A stretch of 64,000 nucleotides of DNA, taken from contig OZ037765.1 in assembly GCA_964035545.1 (NCBI GenBank), positions 9,124,698-9,188,697 of the forward strand. Direction: 5' to 3'. Origin of the DNA: Bugula neritina. Its lineage: Eukaryota > Animalia > Bryozoa. Positions 62,901 through 64,000 of this stretch are shown piece by piece. The notes beneath the pieces were generated by a model. It saw nothing but the letters and a program-made list of their open reading frames with translations, did not search any database and was not told the DNA's origin. The position numbers and the translations under genes are program-made. Numbering within the stretch: position 1 is the first letter of the stretch; each line of letters opens with the position of its first letter.

Positions 62901-64000
62901 ATTCTGACATACAGATGTGTAAATTCACTAGGAAATGAATAAATTTTCCTGATTGTCATATGTGGCATATTTTACTGTGATAGATGTGGACGACTCAATA
63001 CATACCTAAATGCACACAATGACTTCCCATGTATCGATCTTGGTTTGACTGCAGTCAGCTCCTTTCTTTTGTAGTTGCCTCCTCATTTCATAAAATGAAG
63101 TAGAAAATTAATTACTATATACACTATACATTTAGGTTATCAGTGCCAACACACTCTGCTGGTGGTTGAAAATAATACTTTGGATTTTTGAGACAAATTA
63201 TCCATATAGCACTAGTTTTATTTTATTTCTTATAAGTGTAATTTTTTGGTAATACGATGCAAGTCTATGCAAGTTTTTTCCGAGCAGCCTCCTTTTTCTC
63301 ATTCCTTGACATATATATTGTTTCGCTTAAATAGATATGCTGTTTTCCATGGGTTGATCACCCTATAAACTAAGCAATTTTGATTGAACCGTAGCCCATT
63401 TTCATGTATCGCACTGGACACAGTTGGCCTGAGATTGATATATGGAAACCAGTCATAACCTCAATTTGCATAACACATAGTTTAAGATACTCTATATATG
63501 AGAAGGAAGCTGAAATCTCCAAGTAATTTCTATTTTTTTCATTTCATATTTTAGTAGACCACTGAGTATTGCATAATTTCTCAATTTTTGAAGTATTACC
63601 TAAATTTTCTCAATTTTGTGATCTCTTTTGACTTTTTAGCAAAATTTGGTGATATTTATATTGTTTGCCATGTGATGTTGCTAATTTATTATCTATCTTC
63701 TACTTGCTCATATAATTTAGTTATTTAATGTTTCTTTGTATTTTTATCAAAAAATATTATTTTAGGCCTTACAGTTTTTATTTAACATTTTAAATATACC
63801 AATTACTCACACTCCAAATGAGTCATTTTTGTATTATAAATATTGGACGCAATATAAATCCATATCTTTAGACATATAGAAATGCAAAATATGTTTATAT
63901 TCTTGAGTAGAATGTTAGAAATCTGTGTATTTTAAAAGGAGGGAAAGAGGATATCCAAAAGAGCTCTTAATTCAATATTACATATCACTCACTCTCCTGA

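Overview
AT-rich, intron-rich animal (invertebrate-type) nuclear DNA; no prokaryotic features. Genes reconstructed by hand from splice sites and reading frames, in order: 3' end of O-GlcNAcase (+), RNF212/Zip3-like RING protein (-), RRP1/NOP52 (+), an RHNO1-like 9-1-1 clamp interactor (-), cytospin/SPECC1-like gene (+, about 21 kb), NOX2-type NADPH oxidase (-) and a rhodanese plus dual-specificity phosphatase of the STYXL1/MK-STYX type (+). Six of these form three head-to-head pairs. Mobile DNA: a Ty3/Gypsy element with identical 232-bp LTRs and a 5-bp TSD but a decapitated gag, an R4/Dong-like LINE relic, a tRNA-derived SINE and several palindromic MITE-like elements. The most interesting observations are: (1) degenerate 6-bp-periodic A-N-T-N-A-N tracts just downstream of every inferred primary promoter; (2) a STYXL1-like protein that keeps the catalytic HCxxGxSRS motif and has a spliced myristoyl/palmitoyl-type N-terminus, lying divergent from the NADPH oxidase; (3) an internal promoter and alternative MGNSNS first exon in cytospin. 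All homology calls rest on recognised motifs, not database searches.
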